A DNA stretch of 64,000 nt, from contig JAUPSS010000004.1 of the NCBI GenBank assembly GCA_040285825.1, positions 3,851,658 to 3,915,657 of the forward strand. The letters run 5' to 3'. Shown in pieces: positions 32,728 to 45,297 of the stretch; within the stretch, counting starts at the first letter, position 1; the number at the start of each line of letters is the position of its first letter. The notes under the pieces were generated by a model. It saw only the letters and a list, made by a program, of their open reading frames with translations, searched no databases and was not told the origin of the DNA. Made by a program: the position numbers and the translations under genes. The stretch comes from Eukaryota sp. TZLM1-RC (Eukaryota; Protista; Metamonada: BaSk clade).

Positions 32728-33282
32728 TGTGTATAACAATGAAAATATTATTATATATATTTTTTGAAATAATTTTTAATTTATTACTTTCAAAAAACTA
32801 AACACAAATATGAAAATGTTTATTGATTTCCCTCCAATAGATTTACGTTGTTGAAAATCAGCTAAGATTGACAGTCTCCGTCAGCGATACATAGATAATT
32901 TGTTTGTTTCTCATTTTCAGTTATTCCTTGAGGCTATTTCTAGGAATGTGTTGCCAAAAGGCATATTTGCGAGGTGTGGGTTAGGATATGTAAGGTGTAT
33001 AGCGAGTTAGGATAATGATAATTTTATTTCAACCTATATACGATAAACTGCGGTACTCACTAGTGAAATACCTACACTATCTGATCACGTTCTCTTAATT
33101 AAATTTAATTACAGTAGTTCTTTCGCTTTTTTTGCGGATAGCGCTTTTGCCGAGGCACATGGAGAGGTTGAGCTGATCTATTGGATTTAATAGATTTGGG
33201 TTTTCATTTACTTGCATGTTGCCTTAAGTCGAGAAGTTAAGATAATGTTGATTTATTTTTTCATCATATTATATAAGTTTAA

Positions 33283-34530
33283 GTCGTCCTATTGCAGTAG
33301 GTGAATCTCTATCTCGTTTGTTCTCCTCAATTATTTTCAATAGAATTGTTAAAAAGGTTGGAAAATTTTTGTCGCCAATGCAATTTGGTATTCAAACGAT
33401 TGATAGAGCTTCAGTGGCTGCTCTGAAATCTGACTTGTTCTCCAAAGGAACTGTTGAACTCCAAAGGAAACAACTTCATTTTCAATTTAGATTTCAATGC
33501 TTTCAACACTGTAAAAAGAAAAGCAATTAACAAAGTGATTGAAAAACGTTTCCCTGAACTATCAAGTTATTTCTACTTGTGTTACGGTAAATCCAGTGAA
33601 TTAGTATATGATGTGTTGTGCTTCCCTGGTAGAAGTTATTCCTGAGCTAATTCGAGCTCACTTGTTCTCTTCTTCACAATTCGGTGGTGTTGGCTTTACC
33701 AAATCTTCAATTCTTTTTCAAGCAGCTTTTGTTGGTGGTGGCAAAAATTTTATATTGGAATTTCTTAATCGTTTTCCTAAAAATATTTATTTGCTTAGTC
33801 CATCATTTTCAAAATATTTGAATGACCTTGATATCGCTATTTATAAAATTGCAACAGAAATCTGGTGTCAATGTTTTCCCGACTCAGTTCAAGAGATTCC
33901 TTCACGAAATTTAGTTAATTTAAGGTATTGTATGTTCAGCTCTATTGTATGTTTAAGTCCTGCAAGATTGAATCTTTTTTAGAACCTTTGCTTTCAAATC
34001 TGGCTGATGAATCTGACAAAAATTCTTTTGGTGACAGCCGTAAACGATGTGCTAGTCTCCGGACTTGATGGATCAATGATCATTAGTGATGTCAGATCTA
34101 CTGATGTATCAAACAGCTCAAATGAAAAACTGGCACAATCTTGTAATTCACCTTTACGTAGAGCTGAAGAAGCGAAAATTATCAAGTACACAGAAAAAAT
34201 CAATCACTTGAATTCCAACTCACATACTCAATACCTTCTTTGTCCTTTTGCTTTTTCCTTATTGTGAACCTTGGGTAAAACTGCGCTATCTGTTTTGGAC
34301 GATTTCTCTTCTATTGTCAAAAATAGAACTGGAAGAACATTTGACCGAACGTTTTGGCAAAACAGAATTGTATTTTCTCTTTTTAAGGGAATGTATAGCC
34401 TTATTTCTAGCTCGTTGTTATCACTAGGAAAATTTCATCAAGAAAATGCTGAAGCTAAGTATTCAATAGTAGATGTGGAGTTTGAGGAGATTGACTTTTA
34501 GTTTTTTACAATTTTGTTTGAATAAAATAT
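33283..34530 (+). mobile_element. Internally deleted RLE non-LTR retrotransposon, family B
   Basis: RPIAVGESL, QFGI, LDFNAFN, GGVGFTKS, EEAKIIKY and FWQNRIVF. Confidence 0.85.
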
Positions 34531-34559
34531 GTATCTAAAATAACATATCTTGATAGTCT

Positions 34560-34940
34560 TCACTTTCTGTGTTGTTGGATAACTTACTTATGCTATCCAT
34601 TATACTTTACCATTGTCAGCACCAAACTTGAGTTATGTGAGATGAAGTAATGACAGCTTGTTGTCCGCTTCTTCATTCCTTTTTCTCTTCACCTTGTGAT
34701 TTATAATTTCCGTTTCTAATGACTGTACTTTCTCTACGGCTTGGACAAATGTCTGTCAATTCAAAACAGTTGTTTCAAAGACATATGTACACTTTCCTTT
34801 TGCCTGTAATGAGATTAATTCTGACAGCCAGTGGGCAATGAAAGGGTAATATGTGCCGTTATACAAACAACTAGAAATGTTCTTACTGCAACAATGGTAA
34901 GATGGTTACAGGCTTCAACAGTAACTAGCACCACACTCTA
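34560..34940 (-). pseudogene. Possible hAT-like transposase remnant
   Basis: CNHLTIVA and FVQAVEKVQ loosely parallel the hAT remnant at 61.6-63.7 kb. Confidence 0.35.
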
Positions 34941-34982
34941 GACGATGCAAAACACAAATATTTGGTATCAATTTTAATAATC

Positions 34983-35222
34983 TATTGAACTTGCACACTT
35001 AACAAAATATACTTATAACTAATGGGACAAAATTCATTGAACCAAGATTTCCTCTACAAAATCTTGATCCGCTTGATGTCTAGCTAAAGTTTCTCTAATT
35101 CGATTGAAAAACCGAGGCAATCTATTAATAATGGCATAATGAATTTGACAGCGTCATAAAAAGATATCAAATTTTCTCATTGTTGTTTCTTGAACTATTT
35201 TTTGGACATCATGCAAAAAAGT
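34983..35222 (-). mobile_element. Short 3' fragment of non-LTR family A
   Basis: Homologous 3' UTR and ORF end. Confidence 0.85.
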
Positions 35223-35584
35223 GGCTGATTCTACTTGGTATCAATCGAATCATCACTGTATATGATGGGTTTCTGTATAAATATTTGATTTTGCTTTTTT
35301 GTAGTGAATTGAATGATTTCAGCGTTTGAACAGTGTTTAGAAAAAAAACGCTGTCTATTAAATTGAACACTGTGATTGACATTTTCAACAAATTCTTTTT
35401 GGCTGATTTGGGATAGCAAGATATAGAGTTTAAGGATTGTTGTATAGTTTATTGAATTAAATCGAATTTTACAAAAAAATATGATTGGCAAATCCAAAAT
35501 GGTGACGCCTTTGTACCAAAAAATGTTAAGTTAAAGTACTTTGCCACTTTACTTTTATAGATCCCTAGTTGTAAGATCATATAC

Positions 35585-35863
35585 ATGTTGCAGCTACATT
35601 TTGAAGTCTTTGGCAAGGTTCAAGGTGTTTGGTTTCGCAAGTACACTGTACAAGAAGCCCGGCGACTTGGTATCTCTGGTTATTGTCAAAACACATCATC
35701 TGGATCAGTAAGAGGCGTTGCTGAATGCGATTCTCGCTCAACTCTACAACAGTTTCAGCAATGGCTTGCAGAAACTGGATCTCCGAAAAGCAGGATTGAA
35801 CGTATAGAAGCTGAAATCGTAGAAACACCAGAGGGCAAATACCATGGGTTCGATAAGAGATAG
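35585..35863 (+). CDS. ACYP: Acylphosphatase
   Basis: 92 aa with the signature VFGKVQGVWFR, G.CQN..GSV.G and GSP..RI. Confidence 0.93.
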   Translation: MLQLHFEVFGKVQGVWFRKYTVQEARRLGISGYCQNTSSGSVRGVAECDSRSTLQQFQQWLAETGSPKSRIERIEAEIVETPEGKYHGFDKR

Positions 35864-36046
35864 ATACATGGCAAGTATGTAATGTTGTTGGCAAAAGTAT
35901 AATCAGAGTAAGTTATGTTTCAGACAGTTGTAATACCATGGATTATATTGTTAATTCAATATTCAAATAAAGAGTCCAGCAAAAAAAATAAACATTTTAT
36001 TAATAAAATCTTAAAAATGGCATTATTTTACACTAATATAAACAAT

Positions 36047-37996
36047 TTAATTCTGCATAAGATCCAAAAACGCTGATTTAAGCAACTTTGCCTCATCAGA
36101 AATGGTATTTCCCCCATCTTGACTCAAACCAACAGCAGTAACTTCTCGACTTCCAAAAGCTTCAACCTTGTCCAAAAACTCTAATATTGACTCATAAACA
36201 GAGTCTTTGAGTATAATCCAATGCTTTGCCAGGGTATCAACCAACGAAGCCAAGCATCGTTTGCTGTAAAACCAAGTGTCTACTGATAATTTCTTATCCA
36301 ATGGCTCAAATGACTTGATAATTCTAGATATACCAAATTCAAAATTTCCCTTTGCACAATATAAAGTTCCAATAACTAAATTAATAATACAAGAATGGTA
36401 ACATTCCTTTGTTGAATCCTGATAAAATAAAGCTTCCTCTTCCTTCTCCACCCTCTTCATCAAATCTTCAGCATCTTCATTATTGCTAGTCATGATGTAA
36501 GAAACACAAAGATTCGCTAAAACAATTGCTTGGACACTCAACAGCCCAGTATCATAGTACTGTTCAACAATTGGTTGATATCCTTGAACACAATCATGGA
36601 ATCGTTCATTCATGAACTGACAATGAGTTTGATTCAACTTCCAAGTGGTATTATCTGCACAAAATTCTGCACTTTGTTTCAATAGTTTTTCACAAGCAGA
36701 ATAATTGTCATCATCCCAAAGTATTTTAGCTTGCATCATTAGAACTGGAATGTAACTTTCCAATTCCGCGTCAAACGAGTCAAGCAAAGTCTTAATTTTG
36801 ACCTGATCACGTGACAGTTTTGCGTCTTGAATCATTTTAGTAATCTTTCTGAGCCTATCAACGTGACGACCTGACAGCGCATCAAGTTTCCTAAATGCAT
36901 CCTGGGGAGAACTTTTGCTGGTTATCGCAGCATCAATGAAATCTGAAAAATTCTGTGAGACCAATCTTGATACCAACATTGAATTTTCTGAAAGAATATC
37001 TGCAGCAATGCTCTCCAACCCATGCTGTAATTGCAACACGAGCAAGTTTGACATTGTTTCTGGAGGGAAAGGAGGTGTTTCCAATAAGAAAGAAAGCTTC
37101 TTAATGGCAGCATTGGGATCTTCCACAGTGTCCAACAAAGCTGAATTGTGTAGGGTTATGGGATCAAGTTCTTCCTCGTTCCTTGGTGGCATATCATTTA
37201 AAGCAATTTTGGCTTCATCAAATTCTTCCTTTTCAAAGTGAATGGCAATTTTAAGATTGAAGGCCTCAATTAAGGAAGTTTCGTGGAGAATCATTGAATT
37301 CCCAACAGATCTTACATCACCATCATTCCCTGCACCTACAGAAAGTTCTGGGTGAACCCTTATGCCGTGTTCTTTAATCTCTTCTGCTAACCTTAATGCC
37401 TGGTCATGCTGCCCTAGGCGATGGTGACAAAGCGCTATTCTGTAGACAAGATCAGGGGAAGAACCAAATTGAGTGAGCGCCTTGGCATAAGAATCTAGAG
37501 ATTCTTGGAACTTTCCTTCTTTGAATAAGAGAGCTCCATTTGAAATGAAAAAATCCTTTGAAGTTGAGTTTAATTCTGACGATTCATTAATATACTGACG
37601 AACGGCAGCATAATCTTCCTCTTCAAACTTAATGGAAACTAATAGTTGAAGTGCCTTTTCATAGACAGTTGGGTTAGTGTCTGGAACCTGGAGGGCTTCC
37701 TTGGCAGCTTCAACCAAGAATCCTGCCTTGAACAAAGCTTGGGCATGATAGAGTTGGTACGAAGGATCTTTTGGGCATAATGAGTGAAGTTGTTGGTAAA
37801 TAGAAGCAGAAGATTCAAAGTTTTGCATCATATAGTGACAGTAGGCTAACAGGGAGAGAGCAGCCCTACTTTCAGGGAATCGTTGAAGTTGGTACTCAAG
37901 AAGAGGGAGAAGATCTGAATAACGTTGCTCTTGTATAAGTGAATAGACATGTGATGTGAGTTCGCCTTCTACTTGGAGGTTTGGAGCAGCGGCCAT
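36047..37996 (-). CDS. IFT70: Intraflagellar transport protein 70 (TTC30/Fleer/DYF-1)
   Basis: 649-aa TPR protein with SRAALSLLAYC, HPELSVG, EAFNLK, DMPPR.EEELDPITLHN and HSCIINLVIGTLYCAKGNFEFGISRIIKS. Confidence 0.96.
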   Translation of the reverse strand: MAAAPNLQVEGELTSHVYSLIQEQRYSDLLPLLEYQLQRFPESRAALSLLAYCHYMMQNFESSASIYQQLHSLCPKDPSYQLYHAQALFKAGFLVEAAKEALQVPDTNPTVYEKALQLLVSIKFEEEDYAAVRQYINESSELNSTSKDFFISNGALLFKEGKFQESLDSYAKALTQFGSSPDLVYRIALCHHRLGQHDQALRLAEEIKEHGIRVHPELSVGAGNDGDVRSVGNSMILHETSLIEAFNLKIAIHFEKEEFDEAKIALNDMPPRNEEELDPITLHNSALLDTVEDPNAAIKKLSFLLETPPFPPETMSNLLVLQLQHGLESIAADILSENSMLVSRLVSQNFSDFIDAAITSKSSPQDAFRKLDALSGRHVDRLRKITKMIQDAKLSRDQVKIKTLLDSFDAELESYIPVLMMQAKILWDDDNYSACEKLLKQSAEFCADNTTWKLNQTHCQFMNERFHDCVQGYQPIVEQYYDTGLLSVQAIVLANLCVSYIMTSNNEDAEDLMKRVEKEEEALFYQDSTKECYHSCIINLVIGTLYCAKGNFEFGISRIIKSFEPLDKKLSVDTWFYSKRCLASLVDTLAKHWIILKDSVYESILEFLDKVEAFGSREVTAVGLSQDGGNTISDEAKLLKSAFLDLMQN

Positions 37997-38054
37997 TCTC
38001 TCAAGTGGAAATAAAAAACTTGAAATAAACGTCTATGGTTTTTATTTAAAATGA

Positions 38055-38205
38055 ATATTTTCTTCAAGCATCAAACTTATTCCAAGAACTTTCATTCTTG
38101 GTGAGATCGTCCACAGACGTTCCAGAATCCACGATTAATTGGCATTTCTCCTCTAGAACAATCAGTTGCTTTGAAGCTAGTTTATTTGTGGTCTCTGGAA
38201 CGCTT
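38055..38205 (-). ncRNA. Candidate Fanzor omegaRNA overlapping the 3' end of Fanzor1 #3
   Basis: An inverted repeat pairs 38188-38203 with 38117-38132 (13/16). Hairpin ccaagaat-GAAA-gttcttgg at about 38082-38101. cttcaaagca can pair with tgcttgaag. There is also a nested tgattg/caatta stem. Confidence 0.55.
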
Positions 38206-38806
38206 CTGGTCTTGTTCCATAGTAGTGCTCACGAATTGCAATTTCTAGCTGATTCAGTGATGCAGAAATGTCTCTAGACCAAACTTGATTACATTCCGGA
38301 CAATTGAAATATGCGTTGTGAACTTTAACTTCCTCATCAACTTCTCGATAGATCTTTTGGTGTAACATCTTGCAGTAGTTCACCTTTGCAGGTGTCATAT
38401 ATTCATCTCCGATCTTCACATTAGCAAATGAACATTGTAACAACTTGAGAAACGCCTTACGTGGAGTTTTCACTTTTTGACGTGATGTACCACCACCTCC
38501 ATTGCCAAACCACACCTTTACTTCTCGGCCGTCTGCAAATTTTTTCACTTTGTTGATAATTGAGCTGAATCTTTTCTGTTTTCTTATAAAGACGTCAAAT
38601 GTGTTTCTCCTCAATGCTTTTCGAGCACTCAGATCTAATTGCTGCTTCAGCAATGATCGTCTTACGTTATTACCTTCACAGTCCTTATAGTCACCGATAG
38701 TTGATATTTCAAGCAGATAATGGTTCAATTTCTGCACGTCATAAACATCTATTGATGAATGGGTCAGTGAAGCGGAGTGATTGATTTTTCGTTGCTTTGG
38801 TGCCAA
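38177..38806 (-). pseudogene. Fanzor1 #3, 5'-truncated C-terminal half
   Basis: FDVFIRKQK, VWFGNG, RuvC-II GDEYMT, CPEC, RuvC-III WSRDISASLN and RPEAF. Confidence 0.88.
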
Positions 38807-39079
38807 GAAGATATTGGATACGGTCGGTCCTGAACCTGTTCAGATGCTTTTATTGAAAATTAAGAAGAAACTACTCGAATACTAAAAAAACTACCTACCA
38901 ACATTGACGATCTTCTCTTTTCTTTTGAAGTATATAATTAAAAGCACTGTGGCATTTAAAACTATTCTTCAAAATGATACAGCTAATTTCATTTGCTACC
39001 TCATTCCATCCAAATTGGTCAAACAGTATTTTTGCTTTAGTGTAAAAACCCCCATGAACACTAAAAACGAGAGGAACAA

Positions 39080-41560
39080 TTTGGTTAATTTAATTTAATT
39101 CTTTTAAAATTGAATACTTTGCAATCTTATCGGAATAAGCTTTCGAAAAAGCATCAGTCCAATTATTACCATAACCTCCAACTATGGTGACATCAAAAGC
39201 AATTTGGTTGACGTTTGAAAGCCATCAACACGTAACTGCTTATTTAAACCAAATTTAAATTCCTTTTCAGATTCAAAATTATTTAATTCGTTAATAAAAT
39301 TATTTACTTCGTCATGTCTTTGTGTAACCATTCTTGAGACTTTTCTACATTGAAACGAGTGATCTAAGCCTAAGGTTTCCATAACCACACAAAGGACATA
39401 TCACAAATTGTTCTCCTTGAAGCAATCTCAGATTTATTAGGTATTTGAAGCAATCATCTGAGAACGTGAAATTTTGAGAAATAGGCAAGACTTTCAAAAA
39501 ACAAGATGATTGACTGTCACAATTTGAAATAAATTGTACTAGTTCACATTCTGATATTTTTTCCTTTAAAAGACTCAATTTTTCCTTATAAAATAAGTGA
39601 GTGATTTGACGTTGGCAAATTTTAATTCGTTTGTCCCAGATTGAGTCAAAACCAGCAAAAGAAGGTGATAAAGCTGATAGTCAAACCCTATACTGATCAC
39701 GTGGAATTAAATTTGTTAAATCAAGATCACGTACATCCAAGTATACAGAAACTGAATAGCAAATATGTGCAACTTGGCCCAAATGGAGAAACCCTAATCC
39801 ACCCAAAGAATGAAAGAATAAATTAAATCAAAATTATTTGATTCTTCCAATCCCATTAAGTTGAAATAAGCAACAAATTCTGAAACCCAAAGGTGAAAAC
39901 CCATGCTGGTGGACTCATAGGGAACTGTTCGGGCCCAGTACATCAAAATTGAATTAATACAATGTCTAAATATTAAAAATTGATTTTGTAGTGGTAATGA
40001 TTTTAATAAAAACAAACTGGGAATCAATTCATTTTGAACTTCTTGAATTATAAAAGAGGATTCAAACTCAGTAGAACCTATTGGAGATCCCAAACACATG
40101 AAATCATCTTCAACTGAAAACACTTCGGTTTTTGTCAAATTTAATTTCAAACCAATTTGCTTGAAAATTAATTCTAATTCATTTAATAACAACTCAATGC
40201 TGACTTCTTTTTGACAAAGAATATAAGTATCATCTAAATAACTTTTAACTTCAACACCTGGATAATTATTTAAAAATGATAATACGTGAATAGTTCCAAG
40301 TGCATATAAAAAAGGTGAAATTGGATCACCTTGCTTGACACCAGTGTTTGATGGAATAACCTGATCATAAAAAATTAAATTTGATTGTTTCCCATATGGC
40401 CATTTAAAAAAATTAACTAAATTGGGAGACTGATCACACAACAACTTATATAAATGATTTCGACTTAAAGTGTTAAAAGCATTTGAAATATCTAAGCAAA
40501 TTACTTTGTGAAAACATTTTGCAACTCTCTTTAGTCTTAGTTCATGAATAATTTTTTCACTGCCTCTTTCAACTTTGACACCATATTGACCTTCATTTGT
40601 CAAAAATGAAGAATCAACAAAATTAAGTAAATACTTAGATGCCATTCTGTAAAAAATTTCGGAAATAGCGATTGGTCTAACGCCATTATTTGGTTTTGTT
40701 AAACCTATCAATTTGGATGATAACAAAACAACTGAAAGAGATTTATCCAAAGTTCCATTGATCATATGATCTACCAAATACATTAGAATATCTGCTAATT
40801 CATCGTTAATAATTGAAGGAAAATGAACCATGCATGTTCAGATGCTGGAACCACATAAATTTGAGTGGTTGGGGTCGATGTCCCAGAATACCGTTTCCGT
40901 TTCATCATCAGGTATCTGCCACTCAATAGCTTTTGCTTTCTGGCGAGGTTTTGGCCGTTCAACGTTGGCTTGTAGGGTTTGTTTTCTATTCCGAGTGGTT
41001 TCGTAGTAATCAAGTTCCCCTTTGGGTCTCTTATCAGCCAAGGCTTCTCCAGACAATCTCACTCGTGTTCCTTTTGGGTGGGGTTTGAAAGTTTTACGGA
41101 CACTGTCACCATTAAAAGACATGTTGTAGTCATTAGATTTTGTTTTAAAAATATAAATAAGGGTTTTTCAAAATTGTCTGTGATGTGTTTTTGGACATAA
41201 AGTGGTTGAGAACCCATGTGGAACAGGGAAGAAAAACAGGCTTCAAATTAGCAATGGGAGTGAGTCTATGTCGTTTAAAGGTATGTGGAAAGGCTTGCTC
41301 CAGGTGGTTTTGGATTGTTAATCCGCAACGAAAGATGTAGGTACTGTTCTCTTGATTGAGGGTCACTCTTCAGGAAGAAAGAAGAGTCTTATGTTGTACC
41401 TTTGTGGATCACCAACCAAAAAGTTAAATAGAGTGCCAGCCATTGTATGGTGTTTGTTGAACCAAGTAAGAAGAGGTTCCCTAAAGTACGTGTTGTTGTG
41501 AAGTACAAAGCCAGCATAAGTGACTGGTGCAGGGCATTTATGTCCAATTCTATATGAGCG
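39080..41560 (-). mobile_element. RLE-type non-LTR retrotransposon family C, degenerate
   Basis: KPNNGVRPIAI, LDISNAFN, GVKQGDPISP and SYLDD. Zinc finger and RLE: CPLC..DHSFQC..RHDEV..RVDG. Confidence 0.88.
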
Positions 41561-42949
41561 AAAAAGTTAACCTTTCAAGACACAAGACCATCAGCAAGAA
41601 ACTGCTGGTACTTGCCTTGCAGCTGGCGGCATTTTGCATCCACTAGTTGTTGTAGAGGCCTACTAGTGGGTAGCGCATGATTACAACCTTTTCTTGACAT
41701 GAAAAAGACAGCAAACGACCATGATGTAGAGATTCGCTCGAGCTCTTCATAAACATGACCTTTGCCACGAATGTTGAATGGATGTCTAACTTTTGGCTCA
41801 GAGACCGCCACAAAATCAAAACACCGCATCCTGTATTGAAGCTGAGTCACAAAATGATTGGGTTCACACGGAAGTGTACAGCAAAAACTCTCGCCAGCAA
41901 ACTGCCCAGATGAACCATGGTGGTCACCTTGGTCAGCTGTCCATCAATTTAATCACACACTGGCTGCTCAAAGAACTGATGAAGGGAACAGGCACGTGTC
42001 CATGATTGCATAACCTTACTGAAAACGGAAGGTGCAGAGACAATAAGAAATGATTGATTTCTGAGTTTCAATTACTTTTAAAATTTGGTTCATTTTCAAC
42101 TTATTACACCCACAAAACAATAAAACATGGACAAAGTGATATATAGACACCAATTATAATAGATACTAGATGTGCTTTAAGCATTGTCTTTCCTAATAAT
42201 AGTAAACTGATGTAAAGTTTGATGAAATTGTTCTTAGTCACCGTAGTTGTTCGTTCAATTAAGGGTGTTTGTAAATTTAATAAATTCGTAAAATTTCACA
42301 ATTTAATTATTTTATTCAGTACAAACATGTTACCAAGGGAAGTCAGAACATCCGTTTATTCCTCCCCATTTCGTTCCCTTTTTGATGGAGAACCTTTCGC
42401 TTGTGATTTTGGTAAAATTGCTGACTTTTCTTTTATAGAGAATATAGGTTTCGTTCAGTGGGCTTACACATTGACCATAAAACCTTTATCTCGGATTCCA
42501 TAAAATAAACTAGCGACAGATAACTAACAAAAGACAGTCTGTAGAGGTACTATCGGCTACTCTTGAGTCTAAACTCGAGTCTATTGCTGATGGTCCATCC
42601 CAAACTGCGCCACCCTCTTCAACAGCAACCCAAGCTCGTCCTCCTTTACGCTCCCCCACCTCTACCCCCACGTGATCTTCCTGAGTTTTAGATGAATCTC
42701 CTTAATAGTTCTCCTTCATCATCTGTGAAATTTGTCACACTACCTGATAGAGTAAAGTATGTCAAGCTGTTGAAATCAGTCTGAATAAAGTACAATATCA
42801 AACTTGATCACGATTGTAGTGTATTTGGTGTTGAGAGTAATGTTTTTGAATACGCAACTCTTGAAATATATGTAGATAATGGAAGGTTTACTGAGTGACT
42901 GTCAAACTTTTCTTAGGTATTATTAATTTATTTAACATAAAACATGAAA

Positions 42950-44040
42950 ACATACAATACACAATTAAAACCCAACATCCACAAAGCCTGCCTCCCCTAC
43001 ATCAAAACAATTAATTGCTGAAGATTCAGAAAATTTCCCAAAAGAAGAGAGTGAATCAAAAACTAGTTTTATCATTCCCTTAAAAAACAGAAAATACAAT
43101 CCTATTTTGCCAGTAAACACGATTGAAAATTTTTCCAATTCTTTTCTTTACAACTACAACAAAATCATCAAGGGAAAGCCATAGCAGCCTTACCTAGAGA
43201 TCCAAGCAACGAAAAAACAAAGGGACATAAATTATATTGGGTATGAGAATTTTCATTAACTGAGGAAATGGGTTTCGCATATTTAGCAATTTTATATTTT
43301 TCGCCAGCAAGAAGAGGATTATTTACATCTGAGTCAATGAAATGTTCGTTAGAAGAATTACAAGGGTCAATAGACATGGCGTCCAAAATAGTAAAACTAC
43401 CATTTAAACCGGGAACAACTAGATCACCTCTTGTCAGACCCGTAGAAGCTCTGTTGTAACGCGTACTATATTGGGCTCTTGAAGAATTCATTTTGATCGC
43501 AAACGCTCTCAAAAGAAATCTACTCGAAATGATTTACACATTACATAAATTTAATCCCTGACATTATTATGCACTTTACTTCTAAATGTAATGAAATAAT
43601 TACAGTTCAAAAAATGAGTAAACAAAAGAGGTTTACCACATTTACAAATTAAATGATTGGGCAAATTATTTGGCCAGAGAAAACAACGAAAACGCATGTT
43701 TAACAGCCATTCATTGTTTTTTTAACAAAAGTCCATAAACAGAGGAAATTTGAGTTACTAAAGCAGCAGCAGAACTACCACGAATGTCCGTTAAAAATTT
43801 CCGAAAGCGGGATTTTCAGTTTTGGCTAAGCCAAGTCTTACTTCATAATTCAAGCTTTCATAGAATTTAACCAAATGGTGCTGAAACTTTTTTTAGGCAA
43901 AAACGTAAATTTGGAAGTGATCGGTTGGGAATTTTTTAAACATTAAACTTGGTTCATATTGTGCGTCTTTGCAAACTTTTTAATTGACCTTCAAGACAGT
44001 ATCCCAAGTTGCCTAATCTCTTAAGTTCCCAACATTTATG
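42950..44040 (-). mobile_element. Non-LTR family B fragment (3' part)
   Basis: RGDLVV..LDA..EKYKIAKY..CPFVFSLLG and YWQNRIVF. Confidence 0.8.
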
Positions 44041-44079
44041 ACCTTAATGGACCACTTAATGGACCATAATGGACCACTG

Positions 44080-44400
44080 TTATGAGAATGAAATGTTTCT
44101 TATGGCCTTGTTCGTTACCAAATAATCTAATTTGTCCCTGCAAGAATGTGGTTACGCTTTCCCGTATTTTGAACTGCAATTATTTTTTTACCTTTCGCTC
44201 AATTGTTCATGATTCAGTTCGTGATCAAATATATGCTATGTGCAAAAGTTTCAATATAGAGGCCTTTATTGAACCTTTAGTTCGTAAGCTATCTCCACAT
44301 CAAACTGATGATTCCTTAGGTAAAAGAAGAGCAGATTTAGTAGCACCAGGGATCGACGGTGTTCTCAACGTTGTGGATGTTGTCTCATTAGATGTGTGCA
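44080..44400 (+). mobile_element. Non-LTR family B zinc-finger/RLE fragment in the opposite orientation
   Basis: ICPC..ILNC..HDSVRD..EP..RRADL..DV. Confidence 0.8.
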
Positions 44401-44701
44401 AAATTCTGCTGCTCGTTTGGCGTATTCTGCTGAAGTTTTCCAATAAAATCAATATCGATGTGGGAAGTACTATTTGATTTGCCAATTTTGTTACCAAGAA
44501 TGTCGTTATATTCAACATTCTGTGAGTCCAGCAAACTTATCTTGCCATTTCTGATGTAAGGTGGTAAGACAGAATTGCTCAGTGAAGGAGCATTAAAATG
44601 CTTCTCATGATTAATTAGTAAAGCAAAATAGTCTCCTCTAACTGAAACAAGGCCAACCAATCATCTTGTGCCACTGCAACTCTTTCGTATGATTTTTTGT
44701 A

Positions 44702-45148
44702 TTACTCTAAACTATGAATTTTAGCTATAGCATCAAATGGCACAACATGCTTCTTTAAATAAACAGCCAAACTGGGAGTACATGGGTATCCATCATTTTG
44801 CCACCCATTACAACAATATTTTTTGTTGATAAACTCTACCGTTGCAAAATATTCTGCGTTTGCAGCCTTGTTGGTGGTAGAGATTGTTACAAAGCATGTA
44901 TGAGAAGAAAAGGCATTTATTGTAAAGTTACGTTGTGTAGAAGTTGGGACCTTACGAGATTTAGAGCGTCTTCCAGGTCTAGTGGATGTACTACGCAACT
45001 CGAAAGTACAAGTGGGTTCTTTACACTTCAGGGACCATCTATCTGGTCCAGTGTTGTCGACCGTTGCTTTAGCACCATGATGTAAGTTGCACGTACTAAC
45101 AGCAAGCTTAAGCTCATCTTTAAAGTCAAACACAGTTCCAGGTTTCAA
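44702..45148 (-). pseudogene. Internally deleted MuDR transposase (N-terminal DBD joined to a SWIM remnant)
   Basis: GTVF..KDELKLAV..C...CTFEL..HTC followed by CCNGWQNDGYPC. Confidence 0.75.
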
Positions 45149-45297
45149 TGCATCGTGACTGCTAACGGAGGCGCATCAGCTCTTCTAAGGCTTTGTTCTC
45201 GGCCATAGTGTTCAAATTGGAGAAAGGAAGGGGAAATTAGACAGAATGGTAAAACGTGAGTAGATTTGAAGGGGTTCAAATAACTCTGATTCCTTTA

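Noticed and set aside
41575-42700. Possible WRKY/GCM-like ORF and solo-LTR-like sequence
   Set aside because: The evidence is too weak to assign without a search.
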